From a virus, in the IMG/VR virus record IMGVR_UViG_3300047472_000449: a stretch of DNA of 64,000 bases. The stretch is one strand, 5' to 3'. The notes below the pieces were generated by a model that saw nothing but the letters and a program-made list of their open reading frames with translations, ran no database searches and was not told where the DNA came from. The translations under genes were made by a program, and so were the position numbers. Of the stretch, positions 28,133 to 36,367 are shown piece after piece. Every line of letters begins with the position of its first letter. Position 1 is the stretch's first letter.

Positions 28133-28318
28133 GACCTACTCCTGATAGCCTTCCCGCAAGGCTGGACTGATACCGCACACCGAAATCCGAAGCGCTGATT
28201 TAATGTGTGTAGTTTAACAGCAAGCCAAGCCATTGTCAATGGCAATGACTATTCTGGGCGTATTTGTACAAGGCCCTACAGCGTGATCTGGCGGGCCTTG
28301 TTCGATTTCTGCGCCAGC

Positions 28319-28918
28319 TTAGGCGGCTTTTTGCAGTGCCTCGAAGTCATCATGGGTGATGGTCAGGCGGCGCAGTTCAAAACCGTCATGCTCGACATGC
28401 TTGGCGGTCTTGATCATGAAGTAATCGTCAATCGCTTTGAGGGTCAGCTTGACGCTTGCCGCTTGCTTGTCGGTAGTGCCTTCATGGCGCACCAACACGA
28501 TGTCGATGTATTCGGAACCCGATGCGCTCGGCACAGGCTGGTAATGCAGGACGAAGTTCTCTTGGTCGAAGCGCTCTGGCCATGTTTTGTTGGTCACAGC
28601 GGCGATGCCGAAAGTGTAGCCTTCCGGTGCCTGGATGGTGTCTTTGACGCCTTTGCCAAAGCACAGAGTGTCCACCAGCTTCAATTGCGCTTGATCGACA
28701 ATGACTTGCGAGTCTTGCCATTTCTTCATGCGCGCCTCATCCGCTAGGGTGGCGAGGCGGTAGCCATCGAAGAGCTGATTCATTTCGGCGTCAGAGTAGC
28801 CATCAGCGGTACGGAAACGGTCGAAGGTCTGCGGGTCGAAACGACCCATCAAATTGCAGTCGGCTTCAAATCGTTCGTGAATGGTGCTCATGGCGGGCAT
28901 CCTTTTCAGGTCGGACAT
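28319..28918 (-). CDS. hypothetical protein
   Basis: downstream of promoter/operator 28975-29016. Confidence 0.7.
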   Translation of the reverse strand: MSDLKRMPAMSTIHERFEADCNLMGRFDPQTFDRFRTADGYSDAEMNQLFDGYRLATLADEARMKKWQDSQVIVDQAQLKLVDTLCFGKGVKDTIQAPEGYTFGIAAVTNKTWPERFDQENFVLHYQPVPSASGSEYIDIVLVRHEGTTDKQAASVKLTLKAIDDYFMIKTAKHVEHDGFELRRLTITHDDFEALQKAA

Positions 28919-28974
28919 ATCATGTCCAGGCTGGCGTTCGCGGTGATGGTTATCAACTCGCGGGGAATGGGATA

Positions 28975-29016
28975 ATTATACGCTTCTCGAATGCCATTGT
29001 CAATCATATTGACAAT
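28975..29016 (-). promoter_or_regulatory. sigma70 promoter + extended perfect operator
   Basis: ATTGTCAAT CAT ATTGACAAT at 28996-29016; TTGACA-N17-TATAAT. Confidence 0.9.
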
Positions 29017-29055
29017 AGGCTGGCGCTTTTCTGCGCCAGCCTGACGAGCAAAAAA

Positions 29056-29304
29056 TCAAACCACTCGCATGCTGCTCAGGTCTTCTTCCTCATGGACGCT
29101 AACCGAGTTTTTGTAGTCAAAGAACGCCTTGTGTTTGGTGAAGAATTGCGGCGACATGGTGTTGAAGCCGGTTACTTTGTCACCGCTTTCCCGGTGTGTC
29201 ACACGGGCTTCGATGAACTCACTGTTGCGATGAGTGCGAACCTGATAACCCATGCCTTTCAGCTCTCGGCGGTACTGAGCGAGGGTGATTTCAGTTTTGC
29301 TCAT
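29056..29304 (-). CDS. hypothetical protein (82 aa)
   Basis: own promoter/operator. Confidence 0.7.
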   Translation of the reverse strand: MSKTEITLAQYRRELKGMGYQVRTHRNSEFIEARVTHRESGDKVTGFNTMSPQFFTKHKAFFDYKNSVSVHEEEDLSSMRVV

Positions 29305-29338
29305 GTCGGCAGTCCTGGTCTTCTATTTGAGAGTGATC

Positions 29339-29377
29339 ATTATACCGTCATTGAAATGAATTGTCAATGCCATTGAC
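29339..29377 (-). promoter_or_regulatory. sigma70 promoter + perfect operator
   Basis: GTCAAT GCC ATTGAC at 29363-29377; TTGACA-N17-TATAAT. Confidence 0.9.
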
Positions 29378-29400
29378 GGCAATTTGCCACTATCTCATAA

Positions 29401-29598
29401 ATAAAAAAAGCCCACAATGTGGGCTCGGTGACTGTTGAATAAGTGCAGCGCGGCCAGTCTTTCCGCCTGCACTAGGGCAATTACCGCGATGGCCCCTCGG
29501 GTGAGTATTTTCAACTAATAATGGCTGAATACACTATACGTACGCACTAAATGCGACCGGTGTGACACATCCGGTTAGACACTTAGAATTGCACCCGT
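29401..29598 (-). ncRNA. structured ncRNA candidate (~195 nt)
   Basis: extended -10 TGtTATAGT at 29613-29605, several hairpins, no ORF, terminator AGCCCACA/TGTGGGCT + T7. Confidence 0.45.
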
Positions 29599-29652
29599 CC
29601 TCACACTATAACAATCCTTTAGGATGAACTCCAGACAATTCCATTGTGTCGA

Positions 29653-30150
29653 TTACTTATCGGACAGCCAAGAGAAAAAGCCGTCAATCGTCACTTCATC
29701 ACCCTCAAAATGCCCCAGATCGATGCAGAGCTTTTTCTCGGCGTTTTCCTGGATAGACAGCCAGTGCATAAAGTCTTTTTGTGCTTGCAGGTAATGCGCT
29801 CGCTCGAAAGAGAAAAAGGTTTTGGGCAGGAAGCCGTAGCCGTTTTCCAGCTTGGTTCGCCACTCGACCGAATGCTTCCGGGTCTTGATGTAGATGCCAT
29901 CCCAGATGCTTGCGCAACCCGCGACACCGCAGGAGCAAGAGAATGGTTCAAACAGCGAGAACTGCTGGCGGGTAAAGCCGTCTGGATCATGATTGGCCCA
30001 GTAGTGGGCGATGGAGTAGACATCCACATGGTTCCACTTGATGGCAGTGCCATTGATTTCGAGCGCAACCTTGAGCAGCAACACGTCGGGCATGCTTTCG
30101 ACCGGTTTGAACTCACCGGTAATCTTGATCGTGTCCTGGTTCATGAGCAC
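29653..30150 (-). CDS. hypothetical protein with CxCxxxxC motif
   Basis: FSCSCGVAGCASIWDGI. Confidence 0.7.
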   Translation of the reverse strand: MLMNQDTIKITGEFKPVESMPDVLLLKVALEINGTAIKWNHVDVYSIAHYWANHDPDGFTRQQFSLFEPFSCSCGVAGCASIWDGIYIKTRKHSVEWRTKLENGYGFLPKTFFSFERAHYLQAQKDFMHWLSIQENAEKKLCIDLGHFEGDEVTIDGFFSWLSDK

Positions 30151-30328
30151 CCCTTTGGTCTTTGTCTTAATCTGTTGTGTGGGTGTCGATTATAGGCTGC
30201 TTCGCACCAGCAGAACAGTCTTGACGGTCGAAAATCTGACATTATCACTAAATTAATAATGTTTTTATGATTGACAATAAGTGCTCGCAGCGGTATACTG
30301 GCAACCTTCCCAACACGGCGAGGTTGCC

Positions 30329-30547
30329 ATGCAGCATGAACACGATTGCGATGCTTGCATTCCCCTTGGTGAGTTCAAGGAGTTTGACCTGTATTATCAC
30401 CCAGGCAGACACTGGACGCTGATTGGTCGTTTTGGCCCTGATGGTCAGTACACCAGTGGCCCGCATATCAGTGGCAGTGAGCCGTTGATCGAGGCACGCA
30501 AGCGGGCGGCAGAAAAGGGCTTGATCCAGATCGATCAAACCCAGTAA
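30329..30547 (+). CDS. phage-type hypothetical protein
   Basis: HDCDAC..LG....DLY motif; TTGACA-N17-TATACT promoter at 30271-30299. Confidence 0.7.
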   Translation: MQHEHDCDACIPLGEFKEFDLYYHPGRHWTLIGRFGPDGQYTSGPHISGSEPLIEARKRAAEKGLIQIDQTQ

Positions 30548-30719
30548 CTCCCCCAATCAATATCACCCGCACCGGTTTAAAGCCGACGTGCGGGTTTTTG
30601 CTTTATTGCGCCCCTGAAACCCTGACGCTTAGCCAGCACCTCGTGCCAGCGTATTGCCATTAGACTTTTTCCTCCTATAATTGATTGGTGCGGTAATCAA
30701 TCGTTTCCGGAGGCTTCAT

Positions 30720-31244
30720 ATGCTTAAATATTCCCGTGTCATGGCTGTCCTGGGCCTGCTGGCGCTGTCATCCCATGCCTTTGCGGTCAGCGATGTGGAT
30801 GTGAAGTTCGAAGGCTCCGAGCATTACACCGATGCCGTCCTCTACAGTAATGCATCCGGCAGCAATGTTGATGAGCAAGTGGTGAAGCAGTTTTCAGCCA
30901 CCTTTCAGAAGCTGGGTTCACGCTACCTGAGCGGCGACCAAAAGCTCTACATCGTCATCGAGAATATCGATCTGGCAGGCCGCTTTGATGCGTTCAATCC
31001 CTACGCCAACAGCCCCAGCCGGGTCAGGATCAAAGACCCGGTGAGCTGGCCGCACGTCGCCCTGCGTTATGTGCTGGTGCAGCCAGGGCAGCCTGACGTG
31101 TCCAAAGAAGTGAAGATTGCTGATCAGCAGTATCTGAACCGGGCGGGCGTAAACGCCAGCAGCGATCAGCTCAAGGCGGAAAAGAACATGCTGGGCGATT
31201 GGTTTCGTCGTGAGTTCGGCAACTCATCGGTAACCATGATGTAA
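30720..31244 (+). CDS. DUF3016-like periplasmic protein
   Basis: signal peptide; V.F...E.YTD, IENIDLAGRF, VRI.DPVSWP, EKNMLGDWFRREF motifs. Confidence 0.8.
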   Translation: MLKYSRVMAVLGLLALSSHAFAVSDVDVKFEGSEHYTDAVLYSNASGSNVDEQVVKQFSATFQKLGSRYLSGDQKLYIVIENIDLAGRFDAFNPYANSPSRVRIKDPVSWPHVALRYVLVQPGQPDVSKEVKIADQQYLNRAGVNASSDQLKAEKNMLGDWFRREFGNSSVTMM

Positions 31245-31264
31245 CCCCCGCGCCGATTAAACCA

Positions 31265-31290
31265 AAAAGCCCCTCAATCGAGGGGCTTTT
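31265..31290. terminator. bidirectional intrinsic terminator
   Basis: AAAAGCCCCTC-AATC-GAGGGGCTTTT. Confidence 0.8.
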
Positions 31291-31407
31291 GTTTTCTGTG
31301 ATGGCCACGCCGCTGGCGTGAAGGTGCCAGCCGACGCTTGTTGGGTGCCGAGCTGCTGGTTGATCTCCAGCAATTGCCCACGCTTCTCACCTGACTCGGC
31401 AGAAATC

Positions 31408-31611
31408 TTATGCAGCGGTGCCCGGTACATAGGCAAAGCCAAGCTCTTCACGCTCAGCCTCTTTCCTCAGACGGTACGAGCAGTTCTCCGCGTGCCCTTC
31501 CAGGCGACCGTTAATGGCCGGGGCCGAGCGACGGCATTCGGAGCAGCAGCGGTACGGGTTACCACGCCCCATGCGAGAGGTTTCGTAATCATCAAAGTAA
31601 GTCTGTGACAT
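31408..31611 (-). CDS. small Cys/His hypothetical protein
   Basis: CCSEC...H..NC. Confidence 0.55.
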   Translation of the reverse strand: MSQTYFDDYETSRMGRGNPYRCCSECRRSAPAINGRLEGHAENCSYRLRKEAEREELGFAYVPGTAA

Positions 31612-31648
31612 GGGTGATCCTTATCAGAAAGACGGGAAACGCTGGCGA

Positions 31649-31924
31649 TTACAGGTCTGAGGTGCGCAGGTTCCGCACCAGCAACCAGCACAAGACGACG
31701 CTGACCGGGAACAACAGCAGGGTCTTGAACAGCCAGTCACCGATGCCTCTGTACGGCGAATCAACCAGCGCCACGGGAATACCCCAAGCCTCTGGCAAGG
31801 CGCCAAGGCCCAGTTTGAAAAGGGCCATCACACCCACTGCGATGACAAAGTAAAGCAGCAGCGACTGGAGGGTTTCCAGCTTATCGATGGCTTCAACTTC
31901 GGCGGCGTTTGTATAGGTGTTCAT
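31649..31924 (-). CDS. small membrane protein
   Basis: hydrophobic helices; promoter/operator at 32001-32039. Confidence 0.6.
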   Translation of the reverse strand: MNTYTNAAEVEAIDKLETLQSLLLYFVIAVGVMALFKLGLGALPEAWGIPVALVDSPYRGIGDWLFKTLLLFPVSVVLCWLLVRNLRTSDL

Positions 31925-32045
31925 GCCAGATCCCTCATCGTGAAAACGGTCATCACCCTGCACGGACATTGCTGTCTGATGCGTGCTGCGAATGGTGAGT
32001 AGTATATCGCAACCACCCACGATTGTCAATGTCACTGACGGTCGA

Positions 32046-32825
32046 TTAGGCCGAAGTGGCACTTCCCACGCCAGCAGCTGTCATCTGGAGTACTCGCTTT
32101 GGAATGACCAGCTTTTTGCCGACAGTGAGTGGAATTTCGCCAGTTATCTCGCAACCAAACACCCGCTGGCCCTTGAATGTCGGGTTCCCCATGAACACAA
32201 CATGCCCCAGAATTGCATTATGGGGCGCGAGAATGCAGAGCTGAAGACCATCATCATCAACAAACCGAGGCGGGTTCGATTTAGACGGGTATCGGCCTGT
32301 TCTGCAATACTCAACGTAGGCGGGATCGAAGTTAGGGTGTGTTGCCGCAGTCCAGGCAGAGTACCCCATGTCATCCCAGAGAGTTTTTGAAATTGCAATT
32401 TCATCGCCTTTTTTAAGGCCATGGAAGTGATGATAGAAGTGAGGGTCTACATCATCATCCAACGGATCGTCCCAGCGCTCATCAACGACCTTCCAGATGT
32501 CACCTTCCATAAACAAGGTATGAAACGTAGCATCGGCCCCCTCTCGGTTATCCCCCTTGAGCGCGGAGATTACGCGACCAAGGTAATCTTCAAGGCGCTC
32601 TTCCTTCCCCGATGGATTTGCACACAGAGTGTCGTGTTGTTCAAACTCTGCTGGGTCAGGGAGCACAAGATTGAGAGCATCCTTGAGCACCTCAAACTCT
32701 GGAACATCTGGGAATTTGAGTCGAACGACGCCACTCTGGTCGTCAACGATGGCATAGGTGTACGCGGCTGGGTCGCAGTTAACGCTGACGCGCTGCCCGT
32801 TCGTTGTGACGAAATTTGCAGGCAT
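32046..32825 (-). CDS. acidic hypothetical protein (259 aa)
   Basis: promoter/operator at 32861-32899. Confidence 0.75.
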   Translation of the reverse strand: MPANFVTTNGQRVSVNCDPAAYTYAIVDDQSGVVRLKFPDVPEFEVLKDALNLVLPDPAEFEQHDTLCANPSGKEERLEDYLGRVISALKGDNREGADATFHTLFMEGDIWKVVDERWDDPLDDDVDPHFYHHFHGLKKGDEIAISKTLWDDMGYSAWTAATHPNFDPAYVEYCRTGRYPSKSNPPRFVDDDGLQLCILAPHNAILGHVVFMGNPTFKGQRVFGCEITGEIPLTVGKKLVIPKRVLQMTAAGVGSATSA

Positions 32826-32978
32826 GGCAATTCCCTTGGATGTGTTGTCGAATAGAATAAAGTATAGCTATCATCAATACGAATGTCAATGTGAATGACG
32901 GTAATGCTAGCAGCTATCACACAAGCAATAAAAAGCCAGCGCAAGGCTGGCTTTTGTCAGGAGGCAACTCCCGGCCTG

Positions 32979-33179
32979 TCAGGCCTCGCCAGTCAACTCT
33001 GGGTAAGTGGCGTAGGTCGAGGCGCTGGACTCACCCGTTTTGTCGAGGATATCCGCCACAAAGCCTTCGTCCTCGGCTTTGATCTGGATGCTTCCAGGCT
33101 TGTCCTTGTGGGTGGCGTACAGGTACTGGCCGTCGTCACTCACCGATACTGTCCAGCCCTTCAGGTCGTTTTGACTCAT
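32979..33179 (-). CDS. small acidic protein
   Basis: AGGAG RBS; terminator at 32931-32955. Confidence 0.7.
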   Translation of the reverse strand: MSQNDLKGWTVSVSDDGQYLYATHKDKPGSIQIKAEDEGFVADILDKTGESSASTYATYPELTGEA

Positions 33180-33243
33180 GTCTTGCTCCTCGATTGGATT
33201 CTTTTCCTGCGGGCCTCTGGAGGCCCGCCGACGCTGGGGGAAG

Positions 33244-33759
33244 TTACAGGGGAGTGAGGTCGCGAACCCTGACCACTTCCTTCAGGTTGGTGTAGTTGAC
33301 CAGCTCGACGCGGGCCAGCGCATCGCCTTGGCTGGGCATGTAGATCGAACGATCTTTAACGATTTCATCAAAAGAACGCCCAGCGTCCGCCATGGTTTGC
33401 AGGCGAGGCATTTTTTCCAGCGAAGGATAATCCTCAGATCTGCCGAGGAAGTAGCGGTAACCGTAAACCGTGTGAATCACAACCGTCCATTCACACGACT
33501 CGATGTCGTCGAACGTCGAAGCGGGGATATCCTGGACAAGCCGCTGGGCCTTTTCGAGCGTCAGCTCTGTGATGACCTTCCAGGGTTGAACTTGCTTGCG
33601 GTCAGACAAGCGAAACACCCGCCAATCGCGCTGATTGCCATCAAACTGCATGTGATGACTCAGGTGTTCCATCACGGCCACCTGCTGACCATTGAACAGG
33701 ACTTTGCAGGCCAGAGTGTTGGGTTTGGAGGTGGGCAGGTCTTCGAAGGTATACGGCAT
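33244..33759 (-). CDS. hypothetical protein
   Basis: AAGGAG RBS before MPYTFED. Confidence 0.7.
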   Translation of the reverse strand: MPYTFEDLPTSKPNTLACKVLFNGQQVAVMEHLSHHMQFDGNQRDWRVFRLSDRKQVQPWKVITELTLEKAQRLVQDIPASTFDDIESCEWTVVIHTVYGYRYFLGRSEDYPSLEKMPRLQTMADAGRSFDEIVKDRSIYMPSQGDALARVELVNYTNLKEVVRVRDLTPL

Positions 33760-33793
33760 TACAATCTCCTTGGAGATCATTTTCGATGTGATT

Positions 33794-33832
33794 ATTATAG
33801 CCAGTTAAAGCGCCAGAGTCAACCACATTGAC
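33794..33832 (-). promoter_or_regulatory. sigma70 promoter + operator
   Basis: TTGACT-N17-TATAAT; GTCAAC CAC ATTGAC at 33818-33832. Confidence 0.85.
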
Positions 33833-33914
33833 AGAAAATCACGGTTTAACGTCGCTTTCCATGATTGATTTTGGTAGGATGTGATAATAAATAATAAAAA
33901 GAGGGTAAACCCCC

Positions 33915-34274
33915 ATGGATCTATTTTTCTATGCTGCCATTCGATTTTTAACGCGCTTATACACCTACGATACATCGATGTTCTGGACTGCCGTCGCGGC
34001 GCTATTGATAGGCGGGGGGTCGATTTTGACCCTGATTCTTGTTGTCTGCAAACGTAAGGCCGATCAGCGCAAGTTAGCTGCCTGGGTGCAGGAGAAACAA
34101 ACAAAGGGCCGCAAGAATTTTGAGGCTGATTCTTCTAAATCCAACAACTCTTATCGTTCCAATTGCCAATCAGCGCATTTCCTTGATCTGTTTTCCAGGC
34201 AATGGACTCAAGAGGAACGTGAATCCGTGGCGCTTTCGCCTCAAGCTCGGTCGCGCAATGACGCTAATTCGTAG
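33915..34274 (+). CDS. membrane-anchored hypothetical protein
   Basis: one TM helix, basic tail. Confidence 0.55.
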   Translation: MDLFFYAAIRFLTRLYTYDTSMFWTAVAALLIGGGSILTLILVVCKRKADQRKLAAWVQEKQTKGRKNFEADSSKSNNSYRSNCQSAHFLDLFSRQWTQEERESVALSPQARSRNDANS

Positions 34275-34296
34275 TTAAACACGATTTATCCGTCGA

Positions 34297-34461
34297 TTAC
34301 TTTCGTTGACCATAAGGGCCGCGTAGCTTGTTGTGCTTGGGTGGACGAGCCAGCTCACGCTTTTTCTTCATTTTGGCGTCTTCGATCTGACTCTCTTTAC
34401 GTCGCTCAAGGTAATCCTGCGCTTCCCGTCTACGGCGTTCGTCAAAGCTGTCATGCATCAT
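34297..34461 (-). CDS. 54-aa charged peptide (absent from ORF track)
   Basis: manual translation MMHDSFDERRRREAQDYLERRKESQIEDAKMKKKRELARPPKHNKLRGPYGQRK. Confidence 0.45.
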   Translation of the reverse strand: MMHDSFDERRRREAQDYLERRKESQIEDAKMKKKRELARPPKHNKLRGPYGQRK

Positions 34462-34473
34462 AAACATGGCTCA

Positions 34474-34758
34474 TTACTCCGCAGGGTGAAAGTGGTTCCA
34501 TTCAGCGCGCTCACGGGCTTTATCAGCCAATGCATCCATTTCTGCGCCACAGTCCAGGCATTCTTGCTCGGGGATATCGTGCTTGCAGTAGCGCGGCTCA
34601 TCGGCATCACACAGGGCTTGCCATTCACGATCTTCACGGTCGATGCAAGGCTCGCAATCCTCCGGATCAATGCCGTGCTTGCACTTTGGGCGAGGATTGC
34701 AGGTTTCGCACTCGTTGATGTCCTTGCCGTGGCCGCAGTCGTATTCAGGATCAATCAT
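34474..34758 (-). CDS. acidic protein with three CxH-x6-CxxC repeats
   Basis: CGHGKDINECETC / CKHGIDPEDCEPC / CKHDIPEQECLDC. Confidence 0.75.
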   Translation of the reverse strand: MIDPEYDCGHGKDINECETCNPRPKCKHGIDPEDCEPCIDREDREWQALCDADEPRYCKHDIPEQECLDCGAEMDALADKARERAEWNHFHPAE

Positions 34759-34768
34759 TTACAGACTC

Positions 34769-35167
34769 CTAGTCTCGAATGTCGTTGAGGTCTTTGCCTT
34801 CCAGTTCCCATTCTTCAATGGTTGCAAGGTCGTACCGGTCAATCAGGAAAGCTCGATGTTCCTGATAACGCACCTTCGCGAACTCATCACGCGAAAGGAA
34901 CAGGTGTTTACCCTGCTCGTTCAGAACATGTTCGATGCTTGTTCCCCACGTGTGCTGGACGGGAGAGTCGTGGTACGTTTCGCCCTCGCCCGCAATAATG
35001 GACTCGCCTACTTCGCGGATCACCAGCTCACCGAGAATATCCACGATTTCATACAGGGTATTAGGTTTGAAGGGGTTGTTCTTGAGCGCGGCACCGAGAA
35101 TCAGCCCATCATTCGGGCCAGAGCCCCGATGAATGAAACGTCCTACCGCTTTGGTTGTGCCGGACAT
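34769..35167 (-). CDS. hypothetical protein
   Basis: operon-like spacing. Confidence 0.7.
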   Translation of the reverse strand: MSGTTKAVGRFIHRGSGPNDGLILGAALKNNPFKPNTLYEIVDILGELVIREVGESIIAGEGETYHDSPVQHTWGTSIEHVLNEQGKHLFLSRDEFAKVRYQEHRAFLIDRYDLATIEEWELEGKDLNDIRD

Positions 35168-35175
35168 GTTGAGCC

Positions 35176-35451
35176 TCAGTGAACAATTTTGGGGATGACA
35201 CGAACAATCTCGCCACCAAAGGCGCCGAAGCTTGCAAGGCGTTCACGGTCGTGCTCAAAGGGTGGCTTGAAGAAGTCGGCGTACACGGTGTCTTCATCCA
35301 TTTTCAGCACCATTGTGTCCGGCAGTGGGGCTCGGTTTTCGCGAATGGCGACGACCGTGCCGTTACCTTTGGTGCCGTGACGGCTATGGACTTCTACGTA
35401 ATCGTTGACGCGTATCACGCGGCCATCCATCGATTCAAAGCTGTTAACCAT
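35176..35451 (-). CDS. hypothetical protein
   Basis: operon-like spacing. Confidence 0.7.
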   Translation of the reverse strand: MVNSFESMDGRVIRVNDYVEVHSRHGTKGNGTVVAIRENRAPLPDTMVLKMDEDTVYADFFKPPFEHDRERLASFGAFGGEIVRVIPKIVH

Positions 35452-35529
35452 GTTCTGTCCTGAAAATATCTAGGGCTCTGTGGTGGACTGTAACAGGGTC
35501 GGAGGGCTTGCGCCCTCCTCCGTCGTTGA

Positions 35530-36219
35530 TCAGGCCACCTCAGCCTTTTTGGCGGCATCCAGCTGCGCGATATGGAACTTGATGGCGTTCAGTTGCAGGT
35601 GCAGCACCGACTTCATCAGCTCGTACAACGCGTTTTGTTCAGGGAACAGGCGCTTGGCTTTCTTGAGCATCGGAAAGTAGTACTTTTCAGTTTCTTCCAC
35701 GTACTCACGCAGTTTGGCTTCGCTGAACACGCCCAGCATGGTCGAGAGGTTGTGCAGGCGATCAATCAGCTTCACGATGGAGCAGATGATGCACAGCGCC
35801 ACTTCGTCGATGTATTCCTGCGTGTTCAGTTTCACGCCCCGGCGAATTTTGCTGGAGCGGATGACGTACTCGATCAGCTCAGCGAACTTTTGACGAATTT
35901 CGTCTTCCAGGTGCTGATTGTCTTCGTAGGTGTCATGCAACAACAGCGTACCGATGATCGTAGCGGCGTGCGTCATGTTGGGGGCCTGGGCCTGGGTCGG
36001 CGCAAAACGCATGTTGCGGATCTGGGTCAGCGCAAATCCTACCAGACTCAGCTGGTGGTAAAACTCTGGAGTTACACCGTCCTTGCGAAAGCCGGTGTGG
36101 ATCTCGCTGGCGTAATCGAGGGCGCGTACGCACGTCAGGTACGATTCATCGATCTGAGCCATGCCAAGCAGTTGAGCGCGGATGGTCAGTTTCAGTTTGT
36201 CGAACTCAGTGGTGTTCAT
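35530..36219 (-). CDS. stand-alone RelA/SpoT-type HD hydrolase (small alarmone hydrolase/Mesh1-like)
   Basis: ASEIH.GFRKDGVTPEFYH, LLHDTYED, IVKLIDRLHN motifs; TTGACA-N17-TAGAAT promoter. Confidence 0.85.
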   Translation of the reverse strand: MNTTEFDKLKLTIRAQLLGMAQIDESYLTCVRALDYASEIHTGFRKDGVTPEFYHQLSLVGFALTQIRNMRFAPTQAQAPNMTHAATIIGTLLLHDTYEDNQHLEDEIRQKFAELIEYVIRSSKIRRGVKLNTQEYIDEVALCIICSIVKLIDRLHNLSTMLGVFSEAKLREYVEETEKYYFPMLKKAKRLFPEQNALYELMKSVLHLQLNAIKFHIAQLDAAKKAEVA

Positions 36220-36333
36220 ACGCTTCCCCTTGTTTGAGCCTTCATTCTAACCATTGTCAGCAATATTGTCAATTCTATTCGTCAATAATAACACTGAAAC
36301 AAAATGACCGGCGTAGTTTTCAGCCAATAAAAA

Positions 36334-36351
36334 ACCCCGGCTTTCCGGGGT
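36334..36351 (-). terminator. intrinsic terminator
   Basis: ACCCCGG-CTTT-CCGGGGT flanked by A/T runs. Confidence 0.75.
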
Positions 36352-36367
36352 CTTTTATTATTCGTTG

